Shown here one piece after another: positions 46,911 to 57,592 of a stretch of 64,000 bases of DNA. The position numbers and the translations under genes are program-made. This DNA is from Elusimicrobiota bacterium. Its GTDB lineage: Bacteria; Elusimicrobiota; Endomicrobiia; Endomicrobiales; JBDRNC01. The notes beneath the pieces are model-generated. The model saw only the letters and a list, made by a program, of their open reading frames with translations. It ran no database searches and was not told the DNA's origin. Location of the stretch: positions 45,050 through 109,049 of the forward strand of contig JBDRNC010000038.1 in assembly GCA_043811535.1 (NCBI GenBank). Reading direction: 5' to 3'. Within the stretch, counting starts at the first letter, position 1. Each line of letters opens with the position of its first letter.

Positions 46911-49682
46911 ATGGTTATGAATAAATGTATTTTTCCGGCAATGGTAATTGTTTTGGGGCTTGCAGCGACAGTTCAGTCTGCGGACATTAGGATAATTAAC
47001 GCCGTATCGTCTTCCGTTGAAAAAAACAGCTCCGAGGTCGCCGCGAAGTACGCCTGCGACGGAAAGATGGAGACGCGGTGGGCGTCGCAGCAGTCCGACC
47101 CGCAGTGGATATATTTCGACCTCGGCGGCATAAAAGTAGTGAACATCATCACGATAAACTGGGAGGCGGCTTTCGCGAAGGAATATGCCGTTGAAATATC
47201 AAATGACGCCGAAAAATGGCGTGAGGTTTTCAGGGAAAAGAACGGCGACGGCGGGGTTGACGAGATATACACCGGCGAGCAGAGAGCGCGCTATGTCAGA
47301 ATGAAAGGGATACAAAGGGGAACCCAGTGGGGCTATTCTATTTACGAATTCAACGCGGGTTTCGCGGCCGGCATAAAAGATGTTCCGGCGACTGAAGGAT
47401 TCAGGGCAGTTCCCGGGAACGGCGCGGTATTCCTTAAATGGAAGCCCGGTTCCGCTGAAATAGCCGGATATAACGTGTACAGGTCGGCAAGTTTGGATAT
47501 ACCTTTCCAAAAGATAAACAAGACAGCCGTAAAAGACATCGGATACGCGGATAAGACGGCTGAAAACGGGAAAAGATACCACTATTTCGTCAAGGCCTAT
47601 AAACATCCTTCGTGCGAAGGCAAATCCACAATCGTGGCATCGGCCGTGCCGGAACTGCAGAATAAACCGGCGTTAATCACGGTGAACGCGGCGAAAGAAT
47701 TAGGAAGGATTGACAGGTTAAAGTTCGGTTCGCTGATGTGCTGTTACACGACTGACGCGGATACAGAAATAAAAGATCATTTTACGATGGGCAGCCAGTA
47801 CGGTTTCGGGATGTGGGACCCGGATACGCACGAGACCGTAAAAGAGACAATCGCGCTCGGCAGAGAGGCCGGCATTCCCATCCTGAGGGCCATCGGCATG
47901 TGGGAATATTGGAAGGATGGCGTGGCTATTCCGGGCAAAACCAGGAAATTCGATTTCGGCGTTGATGAAAGGATGAAATACTGTTCGGAACTCGGGGCGG
48001 AAATGATGGTATGTTTTGACAGCATGATGAACCATCCCCGCGATTTCAGGAATTTCTGCGACCTATTTGACTACCTTAACGGCGAGGCCGATCCCGGACT
48101 TGTCTCTGAATTGAAATCGGCAAAACGTGAGGAGTTGTTCAGGAAGTACGTCCAAAAAAACGGGAACCTATTCAACTGGGCCAATATGCGGGCGCTGAAC
48201 GGGCGAGTGGAACCGTACGGCGTCAAATACGTTGAGATAGGCAACGAAATATACTGCGGCAATATTTCGGCGAAAAGGTACTCGGAGATGTATATTGAGT
48301 ATTACGACTGGCTCAAAATCCGCTATCCTTATGTTCAGGTGGGGGTAGTGGGTTGTAATTGCAGCTGGAATCATCCGTGGGACGCCGTCGTATCGGGAAT
48401 AATAAAGGACAAGATGGATTTTGTCGTCATGCATCTCTACGCGGGAACGCCGTACGGCCTCCATCCCGACAAGATGTACAAAATAAACGCCGCTGTGGCC
48501 GAAGTTGAAGTCAGGCCGTTCATTAAAGATACGGTTGCCCTTTATAAGGCGAACGCGGGCAAGAAAGTCCCGATAGCCGTGACCGAATACAACAGCGCAT
48601 GGTATTCCGAGCACAGACAGTACATGCACACGATGGGAGTCGCCGTGGCTGTTTCGGAACTGCTCAAGACGTTCATAGAATGCGGGGATGACATCCTGAG
48701 CGCGCATCACTTCAACTTCACGAACGAGGCGTTCGGCATGGTCTCCAATGTGTTCTGGACCGACTGGACAATGCTGCACGACCCGTACTACAAGCGCCCG
48801 AACTACCACGTGCTCAAGATGTATTCCAAACATTTCGGAGAGATACTGACGGAGTGCGGGGTGCAATGCGAAAAGTACTCCCTGCTTGAGGAAGGCATAG
48901 AAAATCTCGGGGAGTTCCACCAGATAGCCGGTAAAACCGGGGACGACCTGTTAAAGAACGCGCCCATGGACAGCGCGGCCGTAGATGAAGGCGGCGGCGT
49001 GTACAGGATAGACCTGCTCGGGGCGGACGATAAAACCTATTTCCGCACTTTAAAGACATGCGACGTCAAACCCGGAGCTTATTATAGACTCTCTTTCGAT
49101 ATTAAAACCGACCTGATAGACGCGGGCGGTGAAGACTACCACGACACCCTTATCGGCGCGCAGGATGTCCGCGGCTGGGGCGCCGTGAATTGGGAGGCGA
49201 GGTCGGCGGTAGTAAAAGGAGAGTCGGACCCCGCCTGGGTTGATGTTGAAAGAGTCTTCAGGGTGCCCGGCAACATAAACAGGATACAGCTGATGTTCCA
49301 GCGCTGGTCCGAAAAACCGCTGAAACAGAAAACGTACCTGAAAGATATGCGCCTCTGCGAATTCACGCCGGACAGGATGGAGATAGATTATATCACGGCA
49401 CTGGCGTCAAAAAGCAAGGACGGAAAAAAGCTCTATCTGATAGTAAACAACCGGAACATAGTTGAAGATGTCTGCGCGAAAGTGTCATTGAACGGCTTCA
49501 AGGCCGGGAACACGGCGAAAATCATTTCTCTGTATTCCGAAGACGCGACGGACAGCAACGAAGAGGGCATTCGCGATAAAGTCAGACCGGTTGAGGATAG
49601 CGCGAAAATAAGCGGGAATGAATTCAGTTATAATTTTAAGAAGTGTTCGGTCACGGCGGTGGAGATAGCCGGCGCCGAATAA
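46911..49682 (+). CDS. F5/8C + FN3 + GH51-like (arabinofuranosidase-type) hydrolase
   Basis: PYGVKYVEIGNE, HLY, IAVTEYN, C-terminal KKLYLIVNN beta-sandwich. Confidence 0.65.
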   Translation: MVMNKCIFPAMVIVLGLAATVQSADIRIINAVSSSVEKNSSEVAAKYACDGKMETRWASQQSDPQWIYFDLGGIKVVNIITINWEAAFAKEYAVEISNDAEKWREVFREKNGDGGVDEIYTGEQRARYVRMKGIQRGTQWGYSIYEFNAGFAAGIKDVPATEGFRAVPGNGAVFLKWKPGSAEIAGYNVYRSASLDIPFQKINKTAVKDIGYADKTAENGKRYHYFVKAYKHPSCEGKSTIVASAVPELQNKPALITVNAAKELGRIDRLKFGSLMCCYTTDADTEIKDHFTMGSQYGFGMWDPDTHETVKETIALGREAGIPILRAIGMWEYWKDGVAIPGKTRKFDFGVDERMKYCSELGAEMMVCFDSMMNHPRDFRNFCDLFDYLNGEADPGLVSELKSAKREELFRKYVQKNGNLFNWANMRALNGRVEPYGVKYVEIGNEIYCGNISAKRYSEMYIEYYDWLKIRYPYVQVGVVGCNCSWNHPWDAVVSGIIKDKMDFVVMHLYAGTPYGLHPDKMYKINAAVAEVEVRPFIKDTVALYKANAGKKVPIAVTEYNSAWYSEHRQYMHTMGVAVAVSELLKTFIECGDDILSAHHFNFTNEAFGMVSNVFWTDWTMLHDPYYKRPNYHVLKMYSKHFGEILTECGVQCEKYSLLEEGIENLGEFHQIAGKTGDDLLKNAPMDSAAVDEGGGVYRIDLLGADDKTYFRTLKTCDVKPGAYYRLSFDIKTDLIDAGGEDYHDTLIGAQDVRGWGAVNWEARSAVVKGESDPAWVDVERVFRVPGNINRIQLMFQRWSEKPLKQKTYLKDMRLCEFTPDRMEIDYITALASKSKDGKKLYLIVNNRNIVEDVCAKVSLNGFKAGNTAKIISLYSEDATDSNEEGIRDKVRPVEDSAKISGNEFSYNFKKCSVTAVEIAGAE

Positions 49683-49846
49683 CAGAAATTAACGGATTTA
49701 GGGCTGGAATGGGATTAAATACCTTGCAGCAAGGTAAGATCCCGTCCAGCCCTTTTCTTACTCAATTCAAGTTTGAATATTTATTATAGAAATGATAAAA
49801 ATAGGGAGCAATAAATATGAAATATTCTGTAAAAAAGGAAATAAAC

Positions 49847-52800
49847 ATGACGAGACGAAAGGCAATTATTTTATCGTTGGTTTTCGCGGTATTCTGCCTT
49901 TCAACGCGAGCGCAGGCGCTTACAAAGGAACCCGCGGGGAATGGCTGGATTTATGAAACAAGCGGAATAAGCATAAGGGCCGTCAGCGTGACGAATAACG
50001 TATTCCGCATAACATGCGTCCCTTCAACGGCGTGCCTTCCGGAGGAAACCGGCGTTTTTGTGTTGCGGGATAAACTTACCGCGCCTGAGCGCGATGTATT
50101 TGACGGGCAAGAGGATTTCGGCATCAACCAAAAAGGCTTAAAACTCAGGATTTCAAACAAAGACCCGGGCAATATCAGCCTTGTAGACAAAAACGGACGG
50201 GTATTGCTGGGCGGCGGGAAGGTCATTCTGCATCCGGATGAGCCGTCTTTTTGGGAACTTACATTTTCAGCTTCAAAGGACGAAAGGAACTACGGTTCAG
50301 GCAATCCTGAAACAGGGCGTTCGGGAGGTTTGATTAAATGTTCCGCGCAGACCACCGTTGGCAACGGTATAACCCAGGTGCCATTCATCTGGAGCACCGA
50401 CGGCTACGGACTGCTTGTTGATTATGAAGAAAAAGGCATGAAGTGGAAAAAGACGTCAGGAAAGCATTATTTCAGGGTGCCCGGGAAAACCCTCGATTTC
50501 TATATAATCACGGGCGACGCGCCTTACGGGATAATCGAGGCATACACCGCGCTTACCGGAAGCCCGCCGGTGCCTCCAAAGTGGTCATTCGGCTTCATGA
50601 TGAGCAGGTGGGGATACAAGGACTGGGATGACATCCGCGAAAAATGGCATATGTTCCGCGATAAAAATATCCCGGTGGATGTTTTCATTTACGATTACGA
50701 CTGGTTTGAAAAGGATTGGAAGTGGAACAACAAATATTTCCCGGACCCGAAAGAAAATGTCAGGGAAGCTTCCTCGATGGGCATTAAATTGGTAGGAATC
50801 CGCAAGCCGCGCATGGAAGACAAAGGGAACTACGATTACGCCAAGAGCAGGGGCTGGCTGCTTGAAGGCACGAAGAACGACTTGAACTTTTCCATACCCG
50901 ATGCCGGAAAATGGTGGTGGCAGAATAACGCGCCGGCATTCATCGACGGCATGGAAGGCTGGTGGAACGATGAAGCGGAGCAGTCCATGACGGAATATCA
51001 TTACATGATTGAAGCCCAGCGGGACGGCATGCTGGCCTTGAAACCCGGCAGGCGTGTCTGGACGATCAACCGCGCCTATTCCCCGGGGATGCAGCGTCTC
51101 GGGGCGGCGGTTTGGACCGGAGACATATATTCGTCCTGGGACACTTTAAGGAACCAGCCGGGCACGCTGATGAATTATTCCATGTCCGGCATGGTCTTCG
51201 GGGGGCAGGATATCGGCGGTTTTATCGGCCTTCCGTCGCCTGAGCTGTACGTCCGCTGGATCCAGCAGGGGGCGTTTATGCCCGTTATGCGGGCGCACAG
51301 CCAGCAGTATTCCGACAGGTGGCCGTGGGCATTCGGCCCGGAGGCCGAAGAAGCGGTAAAAAAAGCCATAGAGTTAAGGTACAGGCTCATTCCTTACGTG
51401 TATAGTTATGCCTGGCAGTCGCATGCAACCGGAGCGCCGGTGATAAGGCCGTTATTTTTTGAATTTCCGGATGATCCCGCCGTCTTCAACATGGAAGATG
51501 AATGGTTGTTCGGAAAAGAGATTCTGGCGGCGCCGGTCATGAATAAGGGCGGCGAGAGAACCGTCTATCTGCCCGGAAATACCTGGCATGAATTCGATAC
51601 GGATAACGTCACAGAGGGACCGGCCGTCATATCTCAAAAATTCCCGCTGGACAGGATACCGCTGTATATTCCCGAAGGTTCAATACTGCCTTTGGGCCCC
51701 GTGGTCCAGCATACCGGCGGGATTGATACGGTTCCGCTGGAAGTTCACGTATATCCCGGCAAAGACGCGGAATTCATGCTTTATAATGACGACGGGGAAA
51801 CCTATTCATATGAAAAAGGGGAATACAACCTGACGCTGCTGAGATGGGAGCAGGCAAGCCGGAGTTTTACTGTCAAGCCGATAAAACAGGGCTACACCGG
51901 AAAAGGAACGTACAGGGTGGACAGGATTGTTTTGCATGATACGGCCATGCCGGCGAAGGTTTCGCTGAACGGCGGCATTCTTCCCGCGTTGAAGCCCGGC
52001 GCCTCGGATTCTCCGGGATGGCATTACGACGGAAAGAAAAGGATTGTTGAAATAATCCCGGGAAATCTTGATGCGTCCGGTGAGGCTAAAATTGTGGCGT
52101 TGCCAGAAGCAAAGGGCGGTATAAATCCTGCCGATGCCGTTAAATCGGCGATTGCCGGCGGTACGGGGGATGAAAAGTTCTTCATGAAGTGCCTTAAGGA
52201 TAAGAATACAGCGGTGCGCATCCTGGCGATAAGGGGGCTGGAGAGGCTGAAAACAGGGCCGGGGCCGTTTATTAAACTTTTGAACGACAGGGATGAGAAA
52301 GTAAGCGCCGCGGCCCGCATAGTCCTGGAAAAACTCGTATTCCAGGGGAACGCGGAATCGCTGGATTATTTCGTCAAAAAGCTTAAGAAAGAATCTGTAA
52401 ATCCGGATACTATAAGAGTCCTTGCGTACAAATGCAACGATAAAATGGTATTTGACGAGTTCAGGCGCGTATTACAGTCGCAAAGCAATACGGATAAAAT
52501 CACGGTATTGAACGCGATTAAAACAAGCAATAAAAGCGGAGACTATTTTACGGCCATCATTCCTCTGGTATTTGACGCGAACGCGAAAGTCGCGTCAGCC
52601 GCCAGAGATGCGCTGCAGACGTATCCCGACGAAATGCTAAACGGCTATTTCAGCGAGCCGATAATGAAATGGAAGGTAATCGGGCCGTTTGATAACGCGA
52701 ACGGCAAAGGTTTCGCGAATGTCTATCCCCCTGAAGAAAAAATAGGTTTAAACGATTCCTATGAAGGGCTCGGAGGAAGCATCCGCTGGAAAGACGCCTG

Positions 52801-53137
52801 CGCGGACAGCGCCGGCTTAGTTGACCTGCTGAACGCTTTCCCAGCCTATCCCGAACACGTCTGTGCTTACGCGCTGTCAACGCTTGAAAGCAAGAAGGAC
52901 ACAAATGCCCAGTTATGGGTCGGCAGCGATGACGGGGTTAAAATATGGGTAAACGGCGCGCTGGTGTGGTCTAACGACGTAGGGCGCGCTTTGACAAAGG
53001 ACCAGGATAAGGTGAAGATACGGCTTAAACAGGGAAAGAACACCATTCTGTTAAAAATATGCCAGGGCACCGGCGCGTGGGCATTTACGGCGCGGTTAGT
53101 TGATTCCGAGGGGGGATTAAACGACATTTCGTATTAG
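49847..53137 (+). CDS. GH31 glycoside hydrolase with HEAT repeats and PA14-like C-terminal domain
   Basis: PPKWSFG..MSRWGY, WWNDE, VWTGD, DIGGF, ELYVRW, RYRLIPY; C-terminal WKVIGPF...GSDDGVKIWVNG. Confidence 0.85.
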   Translation: MTRRKAIILSLVFAVFCLSTRAQALTKEPAGNGWIYETSGISIRAVSVTNNVFRITCVPSTACLPEETGVFVLRDKLTAPERDVFDGQEDFGINQKGLKLRISNKDPGNISLVDKNGRVLLGGGKVILHPDEPSFWELTFSASKDERNYGSGNPETGRSGGLIKCSAQTTVGNGITQVPFIWSTDGYGLLVDYEEKGMKWKKTSGKHYFRVPGKTLDFYIITGDAPYGIIEAYTALTGSPPVPPKWSFGFMMSRWGYKDWDDIREKWHMFRDKNIPVDVFIYDYDWFEKDWKWNNKYFPDPKENVREASSMGIKLVGIRKPRMEDKGNYDYAKSRGWLLEGTKNDLNFSIPDAGKWWWQNNAPAFIDGMEGWWNDEAEQSMTEYHYMIEAQRDGMLALKPGRRVWTINRAYSPGMQRLGAAVWTGDIYSSWDTLRNQPGTLMNYSMSGMVFGGQDIGGFIGLPSPELYVRWIQQGAFMPVMRAHSQQYSDRWPWAFGPEAEEAVKKAIELRYRLIPYVYSYAWQSHATGAPVIRPLFFEFPDDPAVFNMEDEWLFGKEILAAPVMNKGGERTVYLPGNTWHEFDTDNVTEGPAVISQKFPLDRIPLYIPEGSILPLGPVVQHTGGIDTVPLEVHVYPGKDAEFMLYNDDGETYSYEKGEYNLTLLRWEQASRSFTVKPIKQGYTGKGTYRVDRIVLHDTAMPAKVSLNGGILPALKPGASDSPGWHYDGKKRIVEIIPGNLDASGEAKIVALPEAKGGINPADAVKSAIAGGTGDEKFFMKCLKDKNTAVRILAIRGLERLKTGPGPFIKLLNDRDEKVSAAARIVLEKLVFQGNAESLDYFVKKLKKESVNPDTIRVLAYKCNDKMVFDEFRRVLQSQSNTDKITVLNAIKTSNKSGDYFTAIIPLVFDANAKVASAARDALQTYPDEMLNGYFSEPIMKWKVIGPFDNANGKGFANVYPPEEKIGLNDSYEGLGGSIRWKDACADSAGLVDLLNAFPAYPEHVCAYALSTLESKKDTNAQLWVGSDDGVKIWVNGALVWSNDVGRALTKDQDKVKIRLKQGKNTILLKICQGTGAWAFTARLVDSEGGLNDISY

Positions 53138-53368
53138 TTTTTTAACGTTAACAGGAAAGGGCCGGCAATGAATAAGAAAATAGCTGCAATCTGCTGTTTG
53201 TGCCGGGGCTGAAGCGCCATTTGATATTTACGTTTTGAAATGGTATATGATTATTAGCCGGTTGTGTCATGCGGGTGAATTCGTCCACTCAAGGTGTTCT
53301 TGTCCCGCCGTTGGCGGGATTTCACATAAGGCAATTCAGAAAGACACTTAAGGTGTTCGGGAGGTTTT

Positions 53369-53623
53369 ATGGAGATTTTATTGGGCACGGTTGAGGATTA
53401 TTTCGCGCACGTAGGGGTAGCCACTCTGAAGCTCAAAAAGGAGCTTGCGGTGGGCGATACGATACGCATCAACGGCCATACGACGGAACTCACACAGGTT
53501 GCGGAATCAATGCAGATAGATCACAAGCCGGTAAATGCCGCTAAAAGCGGCGACGATATAGGGATAAAAGTGAATGACCGCGTCCGCAAGGGCGACCAGG
53601 TATTTAAAATAGTGAATGACTAA
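53369..53623 (+). CDS. Small translation-factor-like beta-barrel protein
   Basis: LAVGDTIRI.G.TT...SMQIDH...GDDIGIKV. Confidence 0.75.
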   Translation: MEILLGTVEDYFAHVGVATLKLKKELAVGDTIRINGHTTELTQVAESMQIDHKPVNAAKSGDDIGIKVNDRVRKGDQVFKIVND

Positions 53624-53651
53624 ATGGCGGAACAATTAAAAGGAGCGGGAA

Positions 53652-54620
53652 ATGGCTGAAGCAAAAGAGATAAAGCTGTCGGAACTGGACGCAAAGGGGT
53701 TTATCGAGTCAAAGGCGAAAGAAATCAAGGCGCTGGTAGGCGACGGGACGGCGATCAACGCTTTATCGGGAGGGGTGGATTCGTCAGCGGTGACAATGCT
53801 CGGGCACAAGGCGCTGGGCGCGAATCTCAAGACGTATTTCATAGACAACGGGATAATGAGGAAAGACGAGCCGCGGCAGATCGTAGATATATTCAAAAAA
53901 CTCGGTGTTGAGGTCAAGATAGTGGACGCGAAGGACAAATTCTTCGCCGCGCTGAAAGGCGTAACCGACCCCGAACAGAAAAGGGAAGCTATCACCCAGA
54001 CATTCTATAAAGACGTTTTCGGAAAACTTGTCAGGGAAAGCGGCTCGAAGTTCCTGCTGCAGGGCACGATACTGACCGATATAGACGAGACGGTAGCCGG
54101 GATTAAAAGGCAGCATAACGTCTTTGAACAGCTGGGCATAGACCCCCAAAAGGCATTCGGCTACAAGATAATCGAGCCGCTCGTCCAATTGCGCAAGGAC
54201 GGGGTCAGGAAGGTCGCCGAAGTGTGCGGACTGCCGCAGTCGATTTTCAAGCGCATGCCGTTCCCCGGGCCGGCGCTGTCGGCGAGAGTTATCGGCGAGG
54301 CGACTCCGGATAGGATAGAAAAGGTAAGGATAGCCACGGATATAGTAGAAAAAGAGCTGGAAGGCGTAAGTTGTTTCCAATACATGGCGATACTTCACGA
54401 GGACAAGGTCACCGGCATGAGGGACAACAAGAGAGATTTCGGCAATCAGATAGAGATAAGGTGCTGGGACAGCGTGGATGCCAGGGTCGCGTCACCCACA
54501 AAACTTCCTTGGGAGAAACTTGAAAAGCTGGCAAAGCGCATGACTACCGAAGTTCCCGGAGTGGTCAGTGTCACGTATAACATAACGACCAAACCGCCTT
54601 CAACGATAGAGGCGGTATAG
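53652..54620 (+). CDS. guaA: GMP synthase, ATP-pyrophosphatase (B) subunit only
   Basis: ALSGGVDSS, DPEQKR, LQGT, PFPGPAL, ITTKPPSTIE; no glutaminase domain. Confidence 0.85.
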   Translation: MAEAKEIKLSELDAKGFIESKAKEIKALVGDGTAINALSGGVDSSAVTMLGHKALGANLKTYFIDNGIMRKDEPRQIVDIFKKLGVEVKIVDAKDKFFAALKGVTDPEQKREAITQTFYKDVFGKLVRESGSKFLLQGTILTDIDETVAGIKRQHNVFEQLGIDPQKAFGYKIIEPLVQLRKDGVRKVAEVCGLPQSIFKRMPFPGPALSARVIGEATPDRIEKVRIATDIVEKELEGVSCFQYMAILHEDKVTGMRDNKRDFGNQIEIRCWDSVDARVASPTKLPWEKLEKLAKRMTTEVPGVVSVTYNITTKPPSTIEAV

Positions 54621-54752
54621 GGGACACGCCGCATATTTGAAAAAATCGTCAGGAAATGATATAAAACATCGAGCCACATTGGCTTACGTCAATGTGGTTT
54701 TTGTTTTGTACCGCTTGTATACTGATTTAGGATATCCGGCGGATGGCGGGAA

Positions 54753-55802
54753 TCAGGTGAAGTGTTCTCTAGGTATGTTCTTGTGAGAGGACTGTCTCAA
54801 AACCAGCCGGCATTTCAGTTTGACGGTTTTGTTCGAAAAATCCTTCCTTTTTATGGCGTCCAAAAGCATCTGTGACGCCTTTCTGCCCATCTCGAACATC
54901 GGCTGGCTCACACTTGAAAGCTGGGGGTGTGTCACCCTGCTGAACGGCAGGTTGTCGAAGCCGATGACCGCTATGTTGTCCGGCACCTTCTTATTAAGCT
55001 CTATCAGCGCCTCAAGACCGCCGTACGCCTGTACATCGCTTCCGTACACTATTGCGTCTATGCGCGGCTCACGTTCAAGCAGGGTCTTGGTCGCCAGCGC
55101 GGATTCTTCAATCGAGAATGAATGCTCGTGGACTATCAGGTACGGGTTATACCTGATTCGCGAGGATGAAAGCGCCTTTTTATAGCCTTCCAACCTGTCC
55201 TTCCATACCGATTCTATCTCTTCTTCCGGGGATATCAGCCCAATCTTCTTCCTGCCGAGGCGCACAAGCGCTCTGACCGACTGGAACGCGGCGTTAACGT
55301 CGTCTATGATGACGCATTTCCCGTAGGAACTGACATGATTCAGCTGGACTACCTGAATACCCTTCTTCTGAAACCTTGCGGTCGTGACATCGTCTATCTG
55401 GAAGAACGCGGTCAGCAGCCCCGCCAGAGATTCATCCCTCATAACCTTTTCCAGGAACCTGCCCTTATACGCTTCGTTAGTTATCTGCAGGATATCATGC
55501 ATGTTGTAGCGTATCTGGGTGTATTCAGTGCCCGCAAGGGTGCTGTCTATGCCTTTCTGGACTTCCCTGACAAGGTATTCATTGGTAAAGAGAGGCAGGA
55601 TTATGCCTATATTCCTGCTGGGGTGTGCGTACATCCCGGTCTGTCTTGCCTTTATATAGGGGGAATAACCTTTGCTAAGGGCGATTTTCTCGATCTTGTG
55701 CTTCAGCGGCACGCTGACGTCCGACCTGTTGTTGAGCGCTTTCGATACGGACGAAACAGAAACGCCCGTTATTTTTGCCAAGTCCCTGATAGTGACTGTC
55801 AT
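54753..55802 (-). CDS. LacI-family regulator
   Basis: TIRDLAKITGVSVSSVSKALN; VPDNIAVIGFDN. Confidence 0.95.
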   Translation of the reverse strand: MTVTIRDLAKITGVSVSSVSKALNNRSDVSVPLKHKIEKIALSKGYSPYIKARQTGMYAHPSRNIGIILPLFTNEYLVREVQKGIDSTLAGTEYTQIRYNMHDILQITNEAYKGRFLEKVMRDESLAGLLTAFFQIDDVTTARFQKKGIQVVQLNHVSSYGKCVIIDDVNAAFQSVRALVRLGRKKIGLISPEEEIESVWKDRLEGYKKALSSSRIRYNPYLIVHEHSFSIEESALATKTLLEREPRIDAIVYGSDVQAYGGLEALIELNKKVPDNIAVIGFDNLPFSRVTHPQLSSVSQPMFEMGRKASQMLLDAIKRKDFSNKTVKLKCRLVLRQSSHKNIPREHFT

Positions 55803-55807
55803 GGCGT

Positions 55808-55908
55808 CATTATAGCATTATTTTTGAGCGAGCGCACTTGACAAGCTGTCCTAAAAAATGTAGATTAAAAGAACGAAGAACGAAAACATTTTCGTAATAC
55901 GAAAATGT
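55808..55908. promoter_or_regulatory. Divergent promoters and LacI-type operator
   Basis: Minus-strand TGCTATAAT 6 nt before the LacI ATG; plus-strand TTGACA-17-TAGATT; ACGAAAACATTTTCGT palindrome at 55880-55895. Confidence 0.7.
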
Positions 55909-56013
55909 ATCAAGAAGAGGGAGGTGGTATTAGGAGATGGAAAGCAGGATAATGGACGCCATAATACATCAAATTCAAGCCGGAGAATATTCGGCTAAAC
56001 ACACGGAGGAAGT

Positions 56014-56601
56014 ATGAAGAAGACGCTTAAAGTGCTGTTGGTTGCAATGATGGTGATGGGCGCGGCCGTATACGGCTTTGCGGCGACATCAGGTGTGGGG
56101 CATGTCTACGTAAAGATCACCCAGGATGCCCTTTCGCTTAACATCTATTCGGATTCGGTGAATTTTGGCGCGGTGCCGACGAACACCGCAGCGATATCCG
56201 CCGGTGCCGACTCGCGTATCGGATTAACTAACAACGGAGCGACGACAATAGACCTGCAGCTTCAGCTGACTGCCTGCAACACGTCATGGACATCGGGTTT
56301 GACGCCTGCGGACAACGGCACGGATAAGTATGTGATGTCCGGAATATGGACGCTCTACGACAGCACGCCCTTAGAGGCGGATTTCGCCGCCAATGACGTG
56401 ATTCTTTCCGCAAGCGCGCAAACATCATCCGCAACGCAGTTCGCGAAGGATTCGGAAGCGGACGAAACGGTCAAAGGATATAACGTACCGTTCAATCAGG
56501 ACAGGAACTTGAAGATAAGAGTCCTTACTCCTACCGCTTTTACAAACCAGTCGGGCTTTGAAACAAGAATAGACCTTACGATAACCGCAGTAGCGCACTA
56601 A
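56014..56601 (+). CDS. Secreted beta-rich putative structural (pilin-like) subunit
   Basis: Signal peptide, Thr/Ala/Ser-rich, VNFGAV...TNNG...IDLTITAV; strong RBS and downstream hairpin. Confidence 0.5.
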   Translation: MKKTLKVLLVAMMVMGAAVYGFAATSGVGHVYVKITQDALSLNIYSDSVNFGAVPTNTAAISAGADSRIGLTNNGATTIDLQLQLTACNTSWTSGLTPADNGTDKYVMSGIWTLYDSTPLEADFAANDVILSASAQTSSATQFAKDSEADETVKGYNVPFNQDRNLKIRVLTPTAFTNQSGFETRIDLTITAVAH

Positions 56602-56695
56602 TAATTAAAATACCGCCGAAACCCGCCCCGATACCTTATTAAAAGGTAGAACGCAGCCGGGGCGGGGGACGGCGGGCCTGACTCACGGAGTGTAA

Positions 56696-57592
56696 ATGAA
56701 TCCAAGAAATATGCTGGCAGCGACCCTGGTTTGGTGCCTTGCGGCAAGCGCGGGCGCGGCTTCTATCTCCTCAACGTTCAGCGAGATACTTGTCGAAAAC
56801 CTTCAACCCGGCCAGAAATACAGCCTGCAACAGATAGCGAACTTTCCGTATAACCTTCAAAACGGGAGCGGAGAGGACATAAACGTCAAGATAGAGGTCA
56901 TAAAACCGAGAAAAGCCAACCTAAGGCCTGATTTCGAGGTCATACCCGATACCAGTTGGGTAACCCTTCAGTATAATGCGTTCGATCTCGCTCCGGACCA
57001 GACAAAAACCTCCGACGTTATGATCCAGATACCCGAAAAATCAAAATATCTAAATAAGAAATACCAGGTCAGTATATGGTCGCGGACTGTGAACAGCGGC
57101 GGAGGATTCGGTGTTTCCACCGGGCTGGAAAGCATATTGTTGATAACAACGGACAAAGAGTTTATAAAGGAAATCGGCACGGAAGCGAAAAGCCCTGAGC
57201 CCTCCGGATTGAATTTTCAGGTGAAACCGAGGGAGATGATCGCCGCGGATGTTATTACCGGAAAGCCGGTTGACCTGTTTGAGTCGGATAAAATCATTCT
57301 AAAAGTGACCAATTCCGGGAACAAAGATGTCTCCTTCAAAATCAAGAGCCTTACAGCTAAAGAAGCCCTTACGAAACTGCGCGAAGGCTACCTTGACTGC
57401 CCCGACTCTTCATTCCTTTCTTTCAGCGAACCGGAGTTCACGCTTCCGGCCGGCGGGGAGAAAAACGTGAAATTAACGTTATGCTTCCCTCCCAAAACCA
57501 AATTTAAAAACAAAAAATACATGTTTGTTGTCTATACAATGTGCGGCGAAACGGGCGGCATATATTCGAGGCTTCTAGTGGAGACGAAATGA
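56696..57592 (+). CDS. Secreted two-domain Ig-like, chaperone-like protein
   Basis: Internal repeat (PDTSWVTL...FDLAPDQTK / PDSSFLSF...FTLPAGGEK; NKKY twice). Confidence 0.45.
   Translation: MNPRNMLAATLVWCLAASAGAASISSTFSEILVENLQPGQKYSLQQIANFPYNLQNGSGEDINVKIEVIKPRKANLRPDFEVIPDTSWVTLQYNAFDLAPDQTKTSDVMIQIPEKSKYLNKKYQVSIWSRTVNSGGGFGVSTGLESILLITTDKEFIKEIGTEAKSPEPSGLNFQVKPREMIAADVITGKPVDLFESDKIILKVTNSGNKDVSFKIKSLTAKEALTKLREGYLDCPDSSFLSFSEPEFTLPAGGEKNVKLTLCFPPKTKFKNKKYMFVVYTMCGETGGIYSRLLVETK

Noticed and set aside
55808..55819. Minus-strand AATGCTATAATG as another repeat copy
   Set aside because: No arm sequence follows; it is simply an extended -10 promoter for the LacI gene.
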